NCBI GenBank assembly: GCA_010405405.1 | Contig: MU004233.1 | Span: forward strand, 943,122-1,007,121 | DNA: 64,000 nucleotides | Direction: 5' to 3' | Source of the DNA: Microthyrium microscopicum | Lineage: Eukaryota | Shown: positions 52,440 through 64,000 of the stretch, in pieces | Layout: each line of letters opens with the position of its first letter | Position numbering within the stretch: position 1 is the stretch's first letter | Program-made: the position numbers and the translations under genes | Notes under the pieces: model-generated | Seen by the model: the letters and a program-made list of their open reading frames with translations, nothing else | Database searches by the model: none | What the model was told of the DNA's origin: nothing

Positions 52440-54058
52440 CTACTCTGCGGCATCCTCAATCTTTGCCTTCTCCAATTCAGCAGTTGCATCGGCAGCACCA
52501 TCTTCTTCCTGCTTGAGGACGGCTTCGCCGTTGGCTCCTTGATTTGCGTCGGCTGGTTTCTTGTGGGTGTCTTTCGCGCCGGAGTTGATGTTGGCGGGGG
52601 CGGATGGTGAGGATTCGGCTTCGAGTTTCTCGATTTCCTTCTTGGCTTTGGCAATGTTCTACGCAGATCTGTCAGTAAGATAGTCAAAGAGAGAAAATGG
52701 ACAACAAGTACCTCCTTGGTTTTGCGATCTGAATCGCCCTTCCAGAAATCGATCTTCTCTTTGAGCTTGGTGATTACAATAGGGACTTGCGATTGGCTGG
52801 TTGGTGGGTCGATGCCAATACGCGCGAGAGATTCAATGACATCGACGGAGAGGTTGAATTTAGTTGATCCAGCGCCAGCAGCTTCCTTGCCGCCCTTGCC
52901 CTTCTTCTTCTTGCCGCCAGTGCCTGCAAAATAGTCCTCCTCTTCCTTCTTCTTGAGCACGCGCGAGCCCTTGAAAGCCGAATCGTCGACAGTGCGTTGC
53001 GCAACCGCAGCGAATCCGCTGGACTTGGCCTCTTCTTCCTTAGGAATAACAGCATTTGGGTCAAAGTGACGGATAAGGCCGTTGGCGGTTATGATCTCTT
53101 CCTGCCAAGCGGGAGCGCTGGCCTCCTCGAGTTTCTGCTGGGCAATTTCGCGACGCTTGCCAGCTTGGAAGGCAGCTTGTTCGGCGGCATATCTTTCGCG
53201 TTTGGCGGCTTGTTGTTGCTTGTCCCAGGTAACGAAAGCGCGGCGAGCTTGGTGATATGTGTCCTGGATCTCTCGCATCTTCTTGAACTTCTCCTGTTGG
53301 TCTGCCTGGGCCTTTTGCTTTTCGTCACGAAGTGTAGAGAAGTTCTTGTAAGCGTGGTCCGACTTCTTCTTATCCTCGTCCAACTCTGCCTTGATCTTGT
53401 CATATCGCTCATTTAGTGCCTTGGCTTCCGGTGTGTCACCGCCCTTTTTCAGCTCGGAGATTTGGGCCTTGATATCGTCGATTTGTTTTTGCTGTTGGGA
53501 GAAGCCATCGAAGCTCTTCTTCAGGCGTTGCATGGAGGAGATTTGTTCGAGTGCCTTCTTTTCGTCTACCAGTCTCATGGTGCCAGTGTCGACCTGCTTG
53601 CGGAGGTTGTTGATCTGTTGATCTATTTCCTCGACAGACTTGAAGTTGACTTTGCTGCGGGCGGTCTTTTGTTCGTTCATGATGGACTTGAGCTTGTCGT
53701 CAAGCTTCTTGATAACATCCATATTTTGTTGACGGGACTTCTTGTTGACGGCGTGTTTCTCACGGATCTCGCCCATTTCTTTGCGCAGTGCAGCATTGTG
53801 TTGACCTTGTGGAGAATCCTTGTTGTTCTGAACAGAGTCGAGTTTGGCTTTGGCAGCAGCCTGTGAAACCAAAATGTTAGTATGAAGTCAGTAGTAGCAA
53901 AGTAATGGGTTGCAAACCAGACGAGCGCGAGAAGCTTCATGTTCTTTCTCCGCCTTGGCTAGCTCGGCCTTGAATACCTCTTCATCAGGCTTGGAGGGTT
54001 TTGTGGATGAGGTGGTGGCGGCGGCTGGAGCAGCGGAGGTGGGAGCTTGCTCAGACAT
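52440..54058 (-). CDS. BFR1: Nuclear segregation/mRNP protein Bfr1. Introns 53917-53861 and 52711-52659
   Basis: KPDEEVFKAELAKAEKEH, FKSVEEIDQQI...VDTGTMRLVDEKKAL, DYFAGTGGKKKKGK, KFNLSVDVIESL. Confidence 0.93.
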
Positions 54059-55421
54059 GACGAAATTGCGGGTAGAGACAGGACGAGACAATTAACCGGG
54101 TGGGGCAGCGTAGACCAAGTCAGTTGTTGGAAATCAGAGACCGCAGATGGGACTCATCGGACGTAATTTGTATGTTGGTATGACAGAGGTATATGGAGAA
54201 AGTAGAGGGATATGGGGTGGAAAGGTGTCGAAAAGTTATAGGTAAGAGTAGCGGTCGAGATGTGGCTTTGGTTCTTTGGTTCTGTGAGGGTCCGAGTACA
54301 AGGCTAACGCAGGTTAAAGCCCCTGCAGCTATGTGACGGCCGATAGTTAATCCGGGCCGATTGTCGTTCAGATGATTTGCATTGCGACATCAAAAGCAGT
54401 GAGGTAGATCAAATGATGGATTCAGCATAAGTTCAGGTTGGTAAATGGAGTTGAAGAGGTCGAGTGACTTGAAGTTGAAGTAAGGTTTGGCCTAACACGG
54501 TCGCTCCTTCCACTGTGGGCTTACCTCTTGCCACGTCCAGGTTCAAAATAAGCTTGAGTATTTGATAATATCATTTATATATAGATTCACCATTCAATTT
54601 ATGACCTGCTAGCCTTCTTAAAGAGTCAATATGTGAATGTGGGTATTGAAGTTGTCAGTTCCATTGTTGAAAGGAAAAAGTCGACAGTTACAACTACATC
54701 ATGAGGATGCAAAAACGATTGGCAGCGGCTCTTTCATAACACTTCGAACAAATGAGCCAGTGATTCATTCGGAACATTACATGTACCATTTTACGGTTCG
54801 GATCAAACAGCATTTTCCTACTGTGAATGGCACTGGTCACTAGGATTGACAAACTCACCACACTTGCATCATACCCGATGTATGTCAAATAATTATCGCA
54901 ATCAAGATTGTTGTGTTGGTTAATCATTCCCACATTATCAAATCTCTACCTGCAAGTTATCTAACTGGGTACTGTGAGCGTGTTGAACCTTGGGTCAGAA
55001 TTGGTAGACAGCCTTGCCAAGACTTAGTGAACCAATCAAAATCGCGACCCTAACTCCACTACTGTCTGAACGTCGCGCGTTACGTTGAATACAGTCTGAC
55101 TATTTACCCCCATTAGCCATTCTCTCGCCCTTTTATCATCTCCATTATTTATTCTCTCATCTTCTTTCTCCCAGGCGATCACGATAATCCAATTTTCCCG
55201 CCCTCGAAACACCGATGTGGTTCGTTGCCAGTTGACCAAACCTCCAGCTCCGAAGCCGTGACGACTCGACCTTCATCGATATAGCGCAAGAAATAACAGT
55301 CGTGGAGGGATCGCAAGAGGTCCTTCGGGCCCTACACGGGCTGTGTGCCTCCGAAAGAGACGGGATCGACCCCTACGATCCATAATCGCCATTTGGCCTA
55401 CCTCCAACCCCCTCCGACACC

Positions 55422-56922
55422 ATGACGGCAACAATTACAAGCGCAGAGCTTCATAGCTCGCCGCCGCCCATACTATCGGCTCGAAACTCTATCGCTATGC
55501 CAAATACCACACCCACACAAAAGATGGTGAGGCCCATGATCACAATGGCTCCGAGGATAGAAGTGGAACCCATATATACCGCCCTCAAGGCGAGCATAGG
55601 GGAGAACTGGCCATTGTATAAAGCCACTGTCGCCGAGTTTGTTCTTGGTAAGTTTACGTTGAATCTGGCACTCTTAACAGTTGGGACCATCGTCACTAAC
55701 GCCTGGCTAGGCAAACGAAACCAAGCAGAGGTTGCTTGGATAATAGATCCATTTCTTCGCGGCGATCAACAACGGGAATCCCTACATAATCAGCTAATAA
55801 TGGCTCTCTTCGCAAATGCGCAACGAGATCCTCCAGAAACACCTGGTGTGGCATCTTGGGTCGCGGCTAATGACAAGCCCACTACGCCTTCCAAGCCAGT
55901 GACAGGCGATGCGGCAGAACAGAAGCTCAAATCAGAAATAATGCATATGCCGGCGAGGGAGCGGTATCGAATCAAGCATCTACCTGAGGTATCTATTATA
56001 TACCATATGCACCTGACAGATTGGAGACTGACACAGAATAGAACCAAACTGACAACTTTGTTACTTCCATGGCATTGGAAGCTCAGTCCCTTAGCATAAA
56101 ACTGCCAGACCCCCAGGCATTATCCGCTGGAGGCTACACAAGAACGAGTAAGCCATATTCCATGTACACGTCGGAAATGCTAGCTAATCATTACAAGATT
56201 GGGAACCTGAAATCCGGAAACGATATCAACCCCAATTATTCGTCGAATCCAATGAATTTCCGGACGAGGAGGCCATTTCAGCACGCATGCTCCCAATATG
56301 CTACGAAGAGGGTCTTTTCAACGGCTTTGCTGGAAATGCTGCTGAATACGTAAATCTAGCAGCCGAGATTCTCATCAAAAACTTACTCACGCGCTGTTTT
56401 ACCATGACGCGCGAAAACGCACCTCGCGGGATTAATTGGGTGCGCACAGCCGCCTATAAACGTCGACTCTCGCACGAAGAAGAAGCGTTTGAGCGTGGTG
56501 CAGTACGTAAGAGCGCGACAGGTCTCTTACCAGCCGAACAGGACGAGATGCGCAAACGAAGACCGATAAGTTTGGTCGATCTAAGATTATGCATTGACAT
56601 GGGCGGCACGATCCTAGGGCACACGACACCGAAGAGTATGATGATTTTTGAAGCGCTAGGCATAGACGATGAACGGCAACCGTCGACAAAGCGTGATGTT
56701 GAGATGATCGATGCGCCGAATGGCATATTGAACCTCGATCCACATGCGCGACCTCTCGCTAACGGCGCATTAAATCTTGATCCACATGCACGACCAGTCG
56801 CTAATGGTGCATTAACGAATGGTGTGCATCATCCTGTCGAGGAAGAGGAGATACCGGGATACTCGGCGACAGATCAGATGGAGCTGGATACGCTCTTTGA
56901 CGACTGTTTGGCGGGTCATTAG
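55422..56922 (+). CDS. HFI1: SAGA complex subunit Ada1/Hfi1. Introns 55648-55710, 55989-56041, 56148-56197; start codon uncertain
   Basis: [70 protein letters not shown]. Confidence 0.9.
56719..56815 (+). repeat. 42-bp coding tandem duplication in ADA1 ([14 protein letters not shown] / [14 protein letters not shown])
   Basis: Visible in both the translation and the DNA. Confidence 0.75.
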
Positions 56923-57519
56923 TGCGATACGCCGCAGCCGAGAAAGACAAACGCGCCATCGCATGAAGATCCCATATTGGGCGAAATGCCAGGTCGACAC
57001 TGGAGTGTCTCGGCGTATGATACTCGTGATCTAAAAGCTGCACAGAATGAGTTCTTGGCAGGTGTAAGATCTGCACTAGAACCACAAGCACCACGAGCAC
57101 CACCAACGAAAATCGCACCGCTACAAAGACGTGTGTTACAGAATCTTCTTGAACCATCAGTTGAAGCGTCTTCATTTACACAGTCACCAGGATTTTCGTT
57201 ACCTACAAAGCCACTAGCCGTCGACGACCCCGACATTTCGCACAGCAAGACTCATAACTCCAATGACGACTCCAGCACCCTGAGCGAGGTTTCTAGTACC
57301 CTAGAAGAGGACTGCGATACCTCAGAAGAGGACTGCGATACCGTAGACGAGGAATCCGATACCTCAAAAGATCAATCTAATTATTCAGACGAGGACCATA
57401 AGCCCTCAGACGAGACTTCCGATACCTTAGCTGATGCCTCCGATTACTCACCCGAGAGCCCGCCAATTCAGACGTGGACTACATTGGCTGACCTGTCTTA
57501 TCATGGCTCAACCAGGTAG
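56923..57519 (+). other. Stop-free, acidic low-complexity frame directly continuing the ADA1 frame; possibly a separate small gene from ATG 56986
   Basis: No stop codon from 56923 to 57516. Contains a duplicated EEDCDT (agaagaggactgcgatacc x2). Confidence 0.4.
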
Positions 57520-59032
57520 CGCCAGAAGACTATCATATTAAGTCTGAAGAAATACCAACACCGAACAATCGAACAACACCCATTAGGTCCCTGGATACTC
57601 AATTTCTTCAGATAAACCTCATCATATCATCAATCCTCACACTCCCCAAATCCTTACTATCTATTCATGTACACAACTTGTGCGAACAGAAGGCATCACG
57701 ATATTTCAATTGCATGGCAGGATTATGGAATAGCATTCAATCACCCTCAGAGGGTCGGCGTTTTTTCATTTGTTTTTTGCGTCTACATTTGTACGCGCAT
57801 ACTGTTACTGGGTGGTTAGGGAGACCTCGATATACCCCCTGGTGAACTTTACAGGCTTTGTTTGACTAGAAGTGGGAGGAAGTTGTTTCTATACTACTGA
57901 AAATTAGGATAAAATGGACTTTTATCGATGCTGTCATCGTTGTTGATGAATGTGATTCCTTCTCTACGTGTCTTGGATCCAGTACGCTGTCTACATCCTA
58001 CCAATTTCCAAGTAAACTGTAACAAAGTCTTCATTGTAATTGTTTTCACTGCAGTCTACTTCTTTGATGACAAGAAAGGCATGGTAAATGTCCTCCTCAA
58101 TTGGTAAAAGCACGTCGGAGGCGCTCTTTTGCTCTTGTCTCCGTAGATTGTGGACACCCGCAACATTTGCTGTCGTAATTTGTTTCTTCAACAGCAAATA
58201 GCGGGGCACGTAAATGTCAGAGACTATCGGTTTGCATAAACATTTTTGTGCCCGCGAAACGGAACTAGGGCGAGGCTGTGGTGGTGAGTCTGATGAGCCA
58301 GCAGCCCTGCCCTTCTCTGCTGCACCATCGAGGCAGCTCCACATGTTCCCTAAGAGTTGCTTGCTTGATCTTCTGAATTCCTTATATGCCATTCGATGTT
58401 ATTATTGGGTTTATTGATCAGTGGATTGGCTCTGTAAAAGTAAAGATCGCCAAACACAGTGTACATTGGATGTTATATCAAAGACCAGTAGTCCGAGCTG
58501 TAACTGGCGACAGCCTTGTATTCCACTCCTGAACTATATTTGCTCTCAAACAGAACGTAATAGCTAAGCTTTTATAGTTCACCAGAAACGTCTTTCTCAC
58601 AACATGGCATCTTTGCACCTGTCGTGAACAGTGCTCAGTCTCCCACCACACTGGCCCTCCCATCTCGAATCATCCCAGAGGAAACAAAAATGCATGTCCT
58701 GTAAACAGTGTAAACATCTTCCGTCAGTGCAAGTTCTACCCTGTGCGATCGTCTCTCTAGCTCTGCAGATGTAACTTGTATTTGCCAGATGGTGCGGGCT
58801 GTGTCGTTGCTACTAAAGTATGATAGTCGTCCCCATGAATGCGCATGGTTGCGTCACATCAGAGGGATACTGCTGGGGCGAGGTTATAAGGGTATATCGT
58901 CCTCCCCCTGGACTTTGGAGCTCGTCATTACGGAAGTCTGATAGTGGTTGATAGCACTATTACCCCATCACATACCAACAGCTTTGATACAACACCAAAT
59001 AACTACCAACATCATCACGTATTAGTCCCACA

Positions 59033-59715
59033 ATGCATATCTCATTATCTCTCGTAACGTCTCTTCTCCCTCTTCTATCTCTCGCCGAAAATGCGCCCGC
59101 TTCAACATCCGCCTACATGGACGCAGCAACAGGCATCCAATTCCAAAAGTTCAGCGCCAGCGGCATGTCCATCGGTCTCGCCCTCCCAGATGGGGGCAAC
59201 TCACCAGACCTCATCGCGCAAATGACCGGCGACCCAAACACCAAATGGGCCGGCGCCAGTCTTGGGCCAGCAATGGTCGGCAGCGTCCTCATAAGTACGC
59301 TCTCCCCTCCCCCAGCATCACCATCTCTCTTTCCAACCATACTAACAAACGTTTCCCAGTGGCCTGGCCAAACGAAGGCACAGTCCAAACCAGTCTCCGC
59401 CAAGCAACCACCTTCGCCAGCCCACCCGTCTACGCAGGCGCAACACTAACGCCCATCGCCAAGGGCACGTTCGTCACCGAGACAGGCTGGCAAGCTACCA
59501 TGCTGTGCAAAGGGTGTCTAGCCAACGCAACGCTCGCCTTCGCGCAGGGAGATATGAGCGCCAACATGGGCTATGTGAGCGCGACAGCGGCGCCGATTAC
59601 ACCGGCGGATGTGGCGAGTCCGGTGGCGAAACATGATGTGTTTGGCAAATATGTGTCTGCGGTGGGCGCGGCGAGGAGTGCAATGTTTGCTACTTGGGCG
59701 GGAATGGCGGCATAG
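59033..59715 (+). CDS. Secreted stand-alone cellobiose-dehydrogenase-type cytochrome b (DOMON/AA8) domain protein. Intron 59295-59359
   Basis: Signal peptide, YMDAATGIQF, GLALP, WAGASLGPAM (Met ligand), LIMAWPN, CKGC, KHDVFG (His ligand), ARSAMFATW. Confidence 0.85.
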
Positions 59716-59893
59716 GGAGTGGTGTAATTTGTAATTGGGGTGGAGAGGTGGTTCATGATGTTATGATTGATTGGAGTTGTGATGCGGATGGGTGGATACT
59801 ATTTGTCATTGTAAATGTTCTGTTGCCAGCGCGGTAATGGGAATCTATCGTTTCTAGCTAGATACAGCAAAAGGAATATATAAATTGGGTATC

Positions 59894-61913
59894 TTATGTG
59901 TGCTTCTCGTCGTCGTCGTAAATGGGAACTCGTTTGGCGTACTCGAGAATATCGGATGAGATGGTCTCCATGATCATGTCGCCTTTGCCGCCGGCAACGC
60001 GAAGGATGAGGTCGTTGAGTGATGAGCGGCCGAGGATATCGACATGATCGCCTAACAAGTGGTTAGAGGTAGGGTATATCTACGAGATGGATACAACTTA
60101 CCTGTGTTCGGTCCGCCACGAGCTGAAAATCGGTCAGGTTCGTGTGGCATCTCAAATACCTTGATTTTGGCACCGGCTGGGTTGTATCGCTTCATCTTCC
60201 AGCCTCGTGAGCACATGTAGCCCATGCTAATCAGATTAACAGTACCATCGCCTTCTCCCATCAATACTCCCCGGTCGATGTCGTGTTCTACACTGCTGTA
60301 ACTGGTATCAATTGACACGTTTAGTTTCGAGAATGGATCTGTGTCTGCTCTATAAACGTAGGCACGTTCCGTAGGCTTGCCAACTCCATAGAAGCAGTAG
60401 ATCTTCAGATTCGGGGCAAAGGGAAGGCGCGTCTCAAGTGGATTGATCCATTTGTTTGGGAGTTTTTGGTTCTTATCAACCTCGGCTTTAGTATGTGCAA
60501 CACCATGGGAGTAGCTGCGAGTTATCATCTTCTTGAACCAGTCTTCAGTCTCGCCAAAGACAAAAGGCAGTGCAGCAGGCACGGTCAAGTTGGCGTAAGA
60601 AGTGGTGGCATTTTCCCCCGGGTGACGGAAGCGAATAAAGGGACCATAAGATGCTTCTTGGCCGGGCTTGTCATCTGGCGCCCACGTAGCATTTCCCCAG
60701 ATCGCTTCTCCACCTATGGGTATCATCGAGCTGATACCTGGCATGGCTCTGAAAATGTCTGCTCGTTCCTGGCGACCTAGAAATTTTTCGAGTCCGTAAA
60801 CAGCAAATGCGTTGAGTTGCGCCGTATCTCTCATTTCTCCGGAAAGAACAGCAGGTAGACCTTTCGCAGTTCCGAGCATACACCCACTGATGTTGATCCA
60901 AGAGTCAATATTGTCCTCCACCCAGGTTGACCCGCCATTTCCATGGCCTTTCTCTTCGACCCAATGTAGGAAATAGTATAGTACTTGTGAGCCCATACTA
61001 TGTGATAGAAGTACGGCTTTTTTGCCTTGTATTCGGACTGCCAATTCGATATGCATCTTGAGTCGAGTAAAGTACTGATCTCGTACCTCGAGGTCTGCAT
61101 ATGCCAATCTCCAGTCATACGCAGCAGTAAATGCATTAGTTGGATCGTATCCAATGGTAGCTAGATTTTCCAATATCTTATTCCAAATCCAGTATCCAGT
61201 AATGAAAAAATCAGTAGCATCGAAACCTTGTGCCGCGCGCAGCTTGATACCCGGAGGATCGAGGCCAGTCACTTCATCCAGCATAATGTGTCGCTTCCAG
61301 CTTGTTTTGTCCATGACCAAGGCTCTCATCATGCTCCAGCTGCCCCATAATCTCTTCCGGAAGTATTGCCGCGAAGTTTCTTCAGTCCCCCAAGACTCTA
61401 AACCCGTCGAAATCACACCAGGTATCATTACAACGGGATGCGACGCGTTGATCCCATCAGCTTGGGCAGCGAGCCCAACGGCAAACGAATCGTAGGCTAC
61501 GGTTTCCTTTTCATGGCGCTGAACGAGTTAGTATAAGCTGAGGAGTCGCGCCATCCATAACCTACTTGGAATTCCCGAGCTTCCTTCAGAAACGCGCTGG
61601 GCAAAACATCGAGTAGAGGCTCAAGGCTCAAATCAGCAAAGCTTGCAATGTCGATGAGGTCACTGTTATTGGCGAAGTAGGCCGCGACAAGCAAACCAAA
61701 GAGCCCACCCAGAATAAAAACCCATGCAAAGCGTCGTTTATTGCCTTTCGAGGAGTTACGTTTGATTTTCAAGGCAGATAAGTGCTTTGCTGGCACAAGT
61801 TTGTAGTCGCGACCTGCGTCGCCTTCTGGAGTGATTGGGCGCGGGCTGTCCTCTTGAGAGCTGTCGTCCTCTTCTTTTTCGCCGTGGCCAAGGCGGCGAC
61901 GGATGACGTTCAT
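59894..61913 (-). CDS. LRO1: Phospholipid:diacylglycerol acyltransferase. Introns 61565-61519 and 60101-60052
   Basis: N-terminal TM, IPGVISTGLESW, FRKRLWGS, AYDWRL, SHSMG, GEGDGTV, GDHVDILG. Confidence 0.97.
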
Positions 61914-62476
61914 GGTAGTTGATTGGGCATTGCGAATAATAGAAGATTTGGCGATTGAAGTGTTGTCAGCACGTCTAGTGAGCGGAAAGAAGTTTCGTAA
62001 GAGGTCGAAGAAGAAGAAGGGTGGAAAGTTGCATGTGAAGTTGGATGACGACCAGCCACCCCGGCACCTTCCAATCAACCACCAACAACATCACGACATT
62101 CAGCACCTCAAGCATCGTCCAATCTCTACTACAATAACTTACTTTTCATGACCATTTATCAAAACATGGAAAGCAAAAAGTCTGTCCGGTAAACACCAAT
62201 ATTCTCTTAAGGCGCAGCGCTACTCTACTCAGGCTTCGCTAAGAAATGCTCCGACAAACAGCAATTCTCTGCAACGTCCAGTGAGTTACGAAACGGAGAC
62301 TTTTCGACAGAAGATGGAAAAGGCCGCTCTTGCTTCCTGTGACGATACACGCTCGTGTAACTTTGCACATCAACATTAGCCTGACGCAAGAGACCACGAA
62401 CCGGAACCGCCTGGAATACATCAACGAATCCCGCAACTAGAAACATTTCCGGATTTTTCAAGACAGTCTCTCCGTC

Positions 62477-63124
62477 ATGGAACCAAACAAGAGCGACGCA
62501 ATGAGTATCACAGCCACACCAGCTGTCGGGGGTCCTCAATCAGATGCTACTGTCCAGTACATGCAGTATACCAATGAGATGGAGCCACAATACCTTGAAG
62601 CCATCCGCAAACTCATCGGCCGCGACCTTTCAGAGCCATATAGCATCTACGTGTATCGCTATTTCCTCTTCAACTGGCCGGATCTCTGCTGGCTAGCCTT
62701 GGACGACAATACCAAGGAGCTGCTCGGCGTCATCATCTGCAAGCTCGAACATCATCGCAGTGGGACATATCGGGGCTACATCGCAATGCTTGCTGTTGAG
62801 ACGGTGTGTCGCGGACGCGGACTAGGCTCGACATTGGCCAAGCACGCGATCGACAGCATGAGTGATAAAGGCGCCGACGAGATCGTGTTGGAAACGGAGA
62901 CGAACAACACGGCTTCGCTGAAGCTGTATGAGAAGCTTGGGTTTTTGTGCACCAAGCAGCTTCATCGATACTATCTGAATGGCAATAATGCGTTCAGGCT
63001 GGCGCTGTACTTATCAGATTTGAGGACACGGGCGGATCAGGATGGGAGGCCCATGGTGCCTGCGCCCAGTATTAGTAGGCCGTGGGACGAGAGCCAGGAA
63101 TACGATGATGAACTTTACGGCTGA
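62477..63124 (+). CDS. MAK3: NatC N-terminal acetyltransferase catalytic subunit (Mak3/NAA30)
   Basis: DLSEPYSIYVYRYF, RGYIAMLAV, RGRGLG, EIVLETE, LYEKLGF, LHRYYLNG. Confidence 0.96.
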   Translation: MEPNKSDAMSITATPAVGGPQSDATVQYMQYTNEMEPQYLEAIRKLIGRDLSEPYSIYVYRYFLFNWPDLCWLALDDNTKELLGVIICKLEHHRSGTYRGYIAMLAVETVCRGRGLGSTLAKHAIDSMSDKGADEIVLETETNNTASLKLYEKLGFLCTKQLHRYYLNGNNAFRLALYLSDLRTRADQDGRPMVPAPSISRPWDESQEYDDELYG

Positions 63125-64000
63125 AGGGCAGACGGTCCACATGACGAGACCAAGAATTGCTGGGATTGAATGCAGGGAACATCCAACTGCAGTAGAGGTA
63201 TGTACAAAGACTCTAATCCTGGAAAAATGGGCTAAGCTAACGGCCATGTGAGAATATATATCCTGACGTCCATGCTATGCCGTGCCTCACGCTCAAGTTT
63301 TTGATGGTAGTTACACTGACACTCCGGGAGCATATACTCTCCTAGTAATGAAAGTATTCCCTAAGCGTAATTCTTTTGGTGCAACTCCAGTCATGAGAAA
63401 CCCATCATTACCATCAAGCTGACTCCGTTCTATCAAACTTTGGCTTTCCCAATTTCAGTTGAATCTATATCGATGCGATCATGAACCGAGATTCGCTCGC
63501 CGCAGTACTGGGTTATATTATCCTACAAAAAATGTTCTTACAGAGTTGATTGAAAGCCTTCAGCTAATAAAAATCATGTACACTGCCTGACAACAAGTTG
63601 CTCCGGTTAATCTATCGCTTTATGTAAACGTTATCATGAGCTCAAGTGGAGTAATGCCGAGCACAATACTATGCCGAGAAGGGCCAAACACTGAGATCTC
63701 TTCCTATGTAGCCATTCTCATCGCGTACAAACGCATTATGGTAATTGGATCTGACCACTCCATGAGGTCAGACCGCGCAGTTAGTATAAATTATGCCAGA
63801 CTTCCAGATAGTTCAGCTATGAGCGTTCAACATCGCCGACTTCTCGTATACTTCCTTTCGACTGGGCCAATTTGACACGGCATGATATAAGCACTCAAAT
63901 TTAAGACTGGTCTATCTATAAACAAGGCCAGGAATGACGCAGAATCACAGAAGAGGTAAAAGTCTCGACGACAAATCTATCTGGGGCGATGCTCCCAAAG

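Noticed and set aside
57991..58392. 133-aa minus-strand ORF
   Set aside because: No motif or splice support.
1..64000. CRISPR arrays, rRNA, tRNA and Starship captain/tyrosine recombinase
   Set aside because: None recognised. The repeats seen are coding tandem repeats, microsatellites or TIRs.

Overview
Gene-dense window from a filamentous ascomycete: short GT-AG introns with CTAAC/CTGAC branch sites and clear RIP mutation. Conserved genes are SEC24, MPE1, CNS1, mitochondrial SHMT, a HIRIP3-like protein, allantoinase DAL1, BFR1, SAGA subunit ADA1/HFI1, PDAT LRO1 and NatC MAK3. There is also a methyltransferase, a LovD/beta-lactamase-family esterase, an F-box-like protein, a mucin-like membrane protein and a stand-alone CDH-type cytochrome domain. 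Four features stand out. (1) A complete ~3.78 kb RIP-inactivated Tc1/IS630-type DD34E transposon (perfect 50-bp TIRs, TA flanks) has an intron-containing transposase and a second, convergent ~529-codon ORF with a Cys/His/Trp motif. (2) An intronless gene encodes a NYN/PIN-like ribonuclease fused to two CCCH fingers and a CCHC knuckle, in an accessory island. (3) An SDR gene is disrupted only by two in-frame TAG codons at probable Trp positions. (4) ADA1 has a long in-frame ORF right after its TAG, and there is a spliced 285-aa orphan. All intron coordinates and family calls were read by eye, with no database search.
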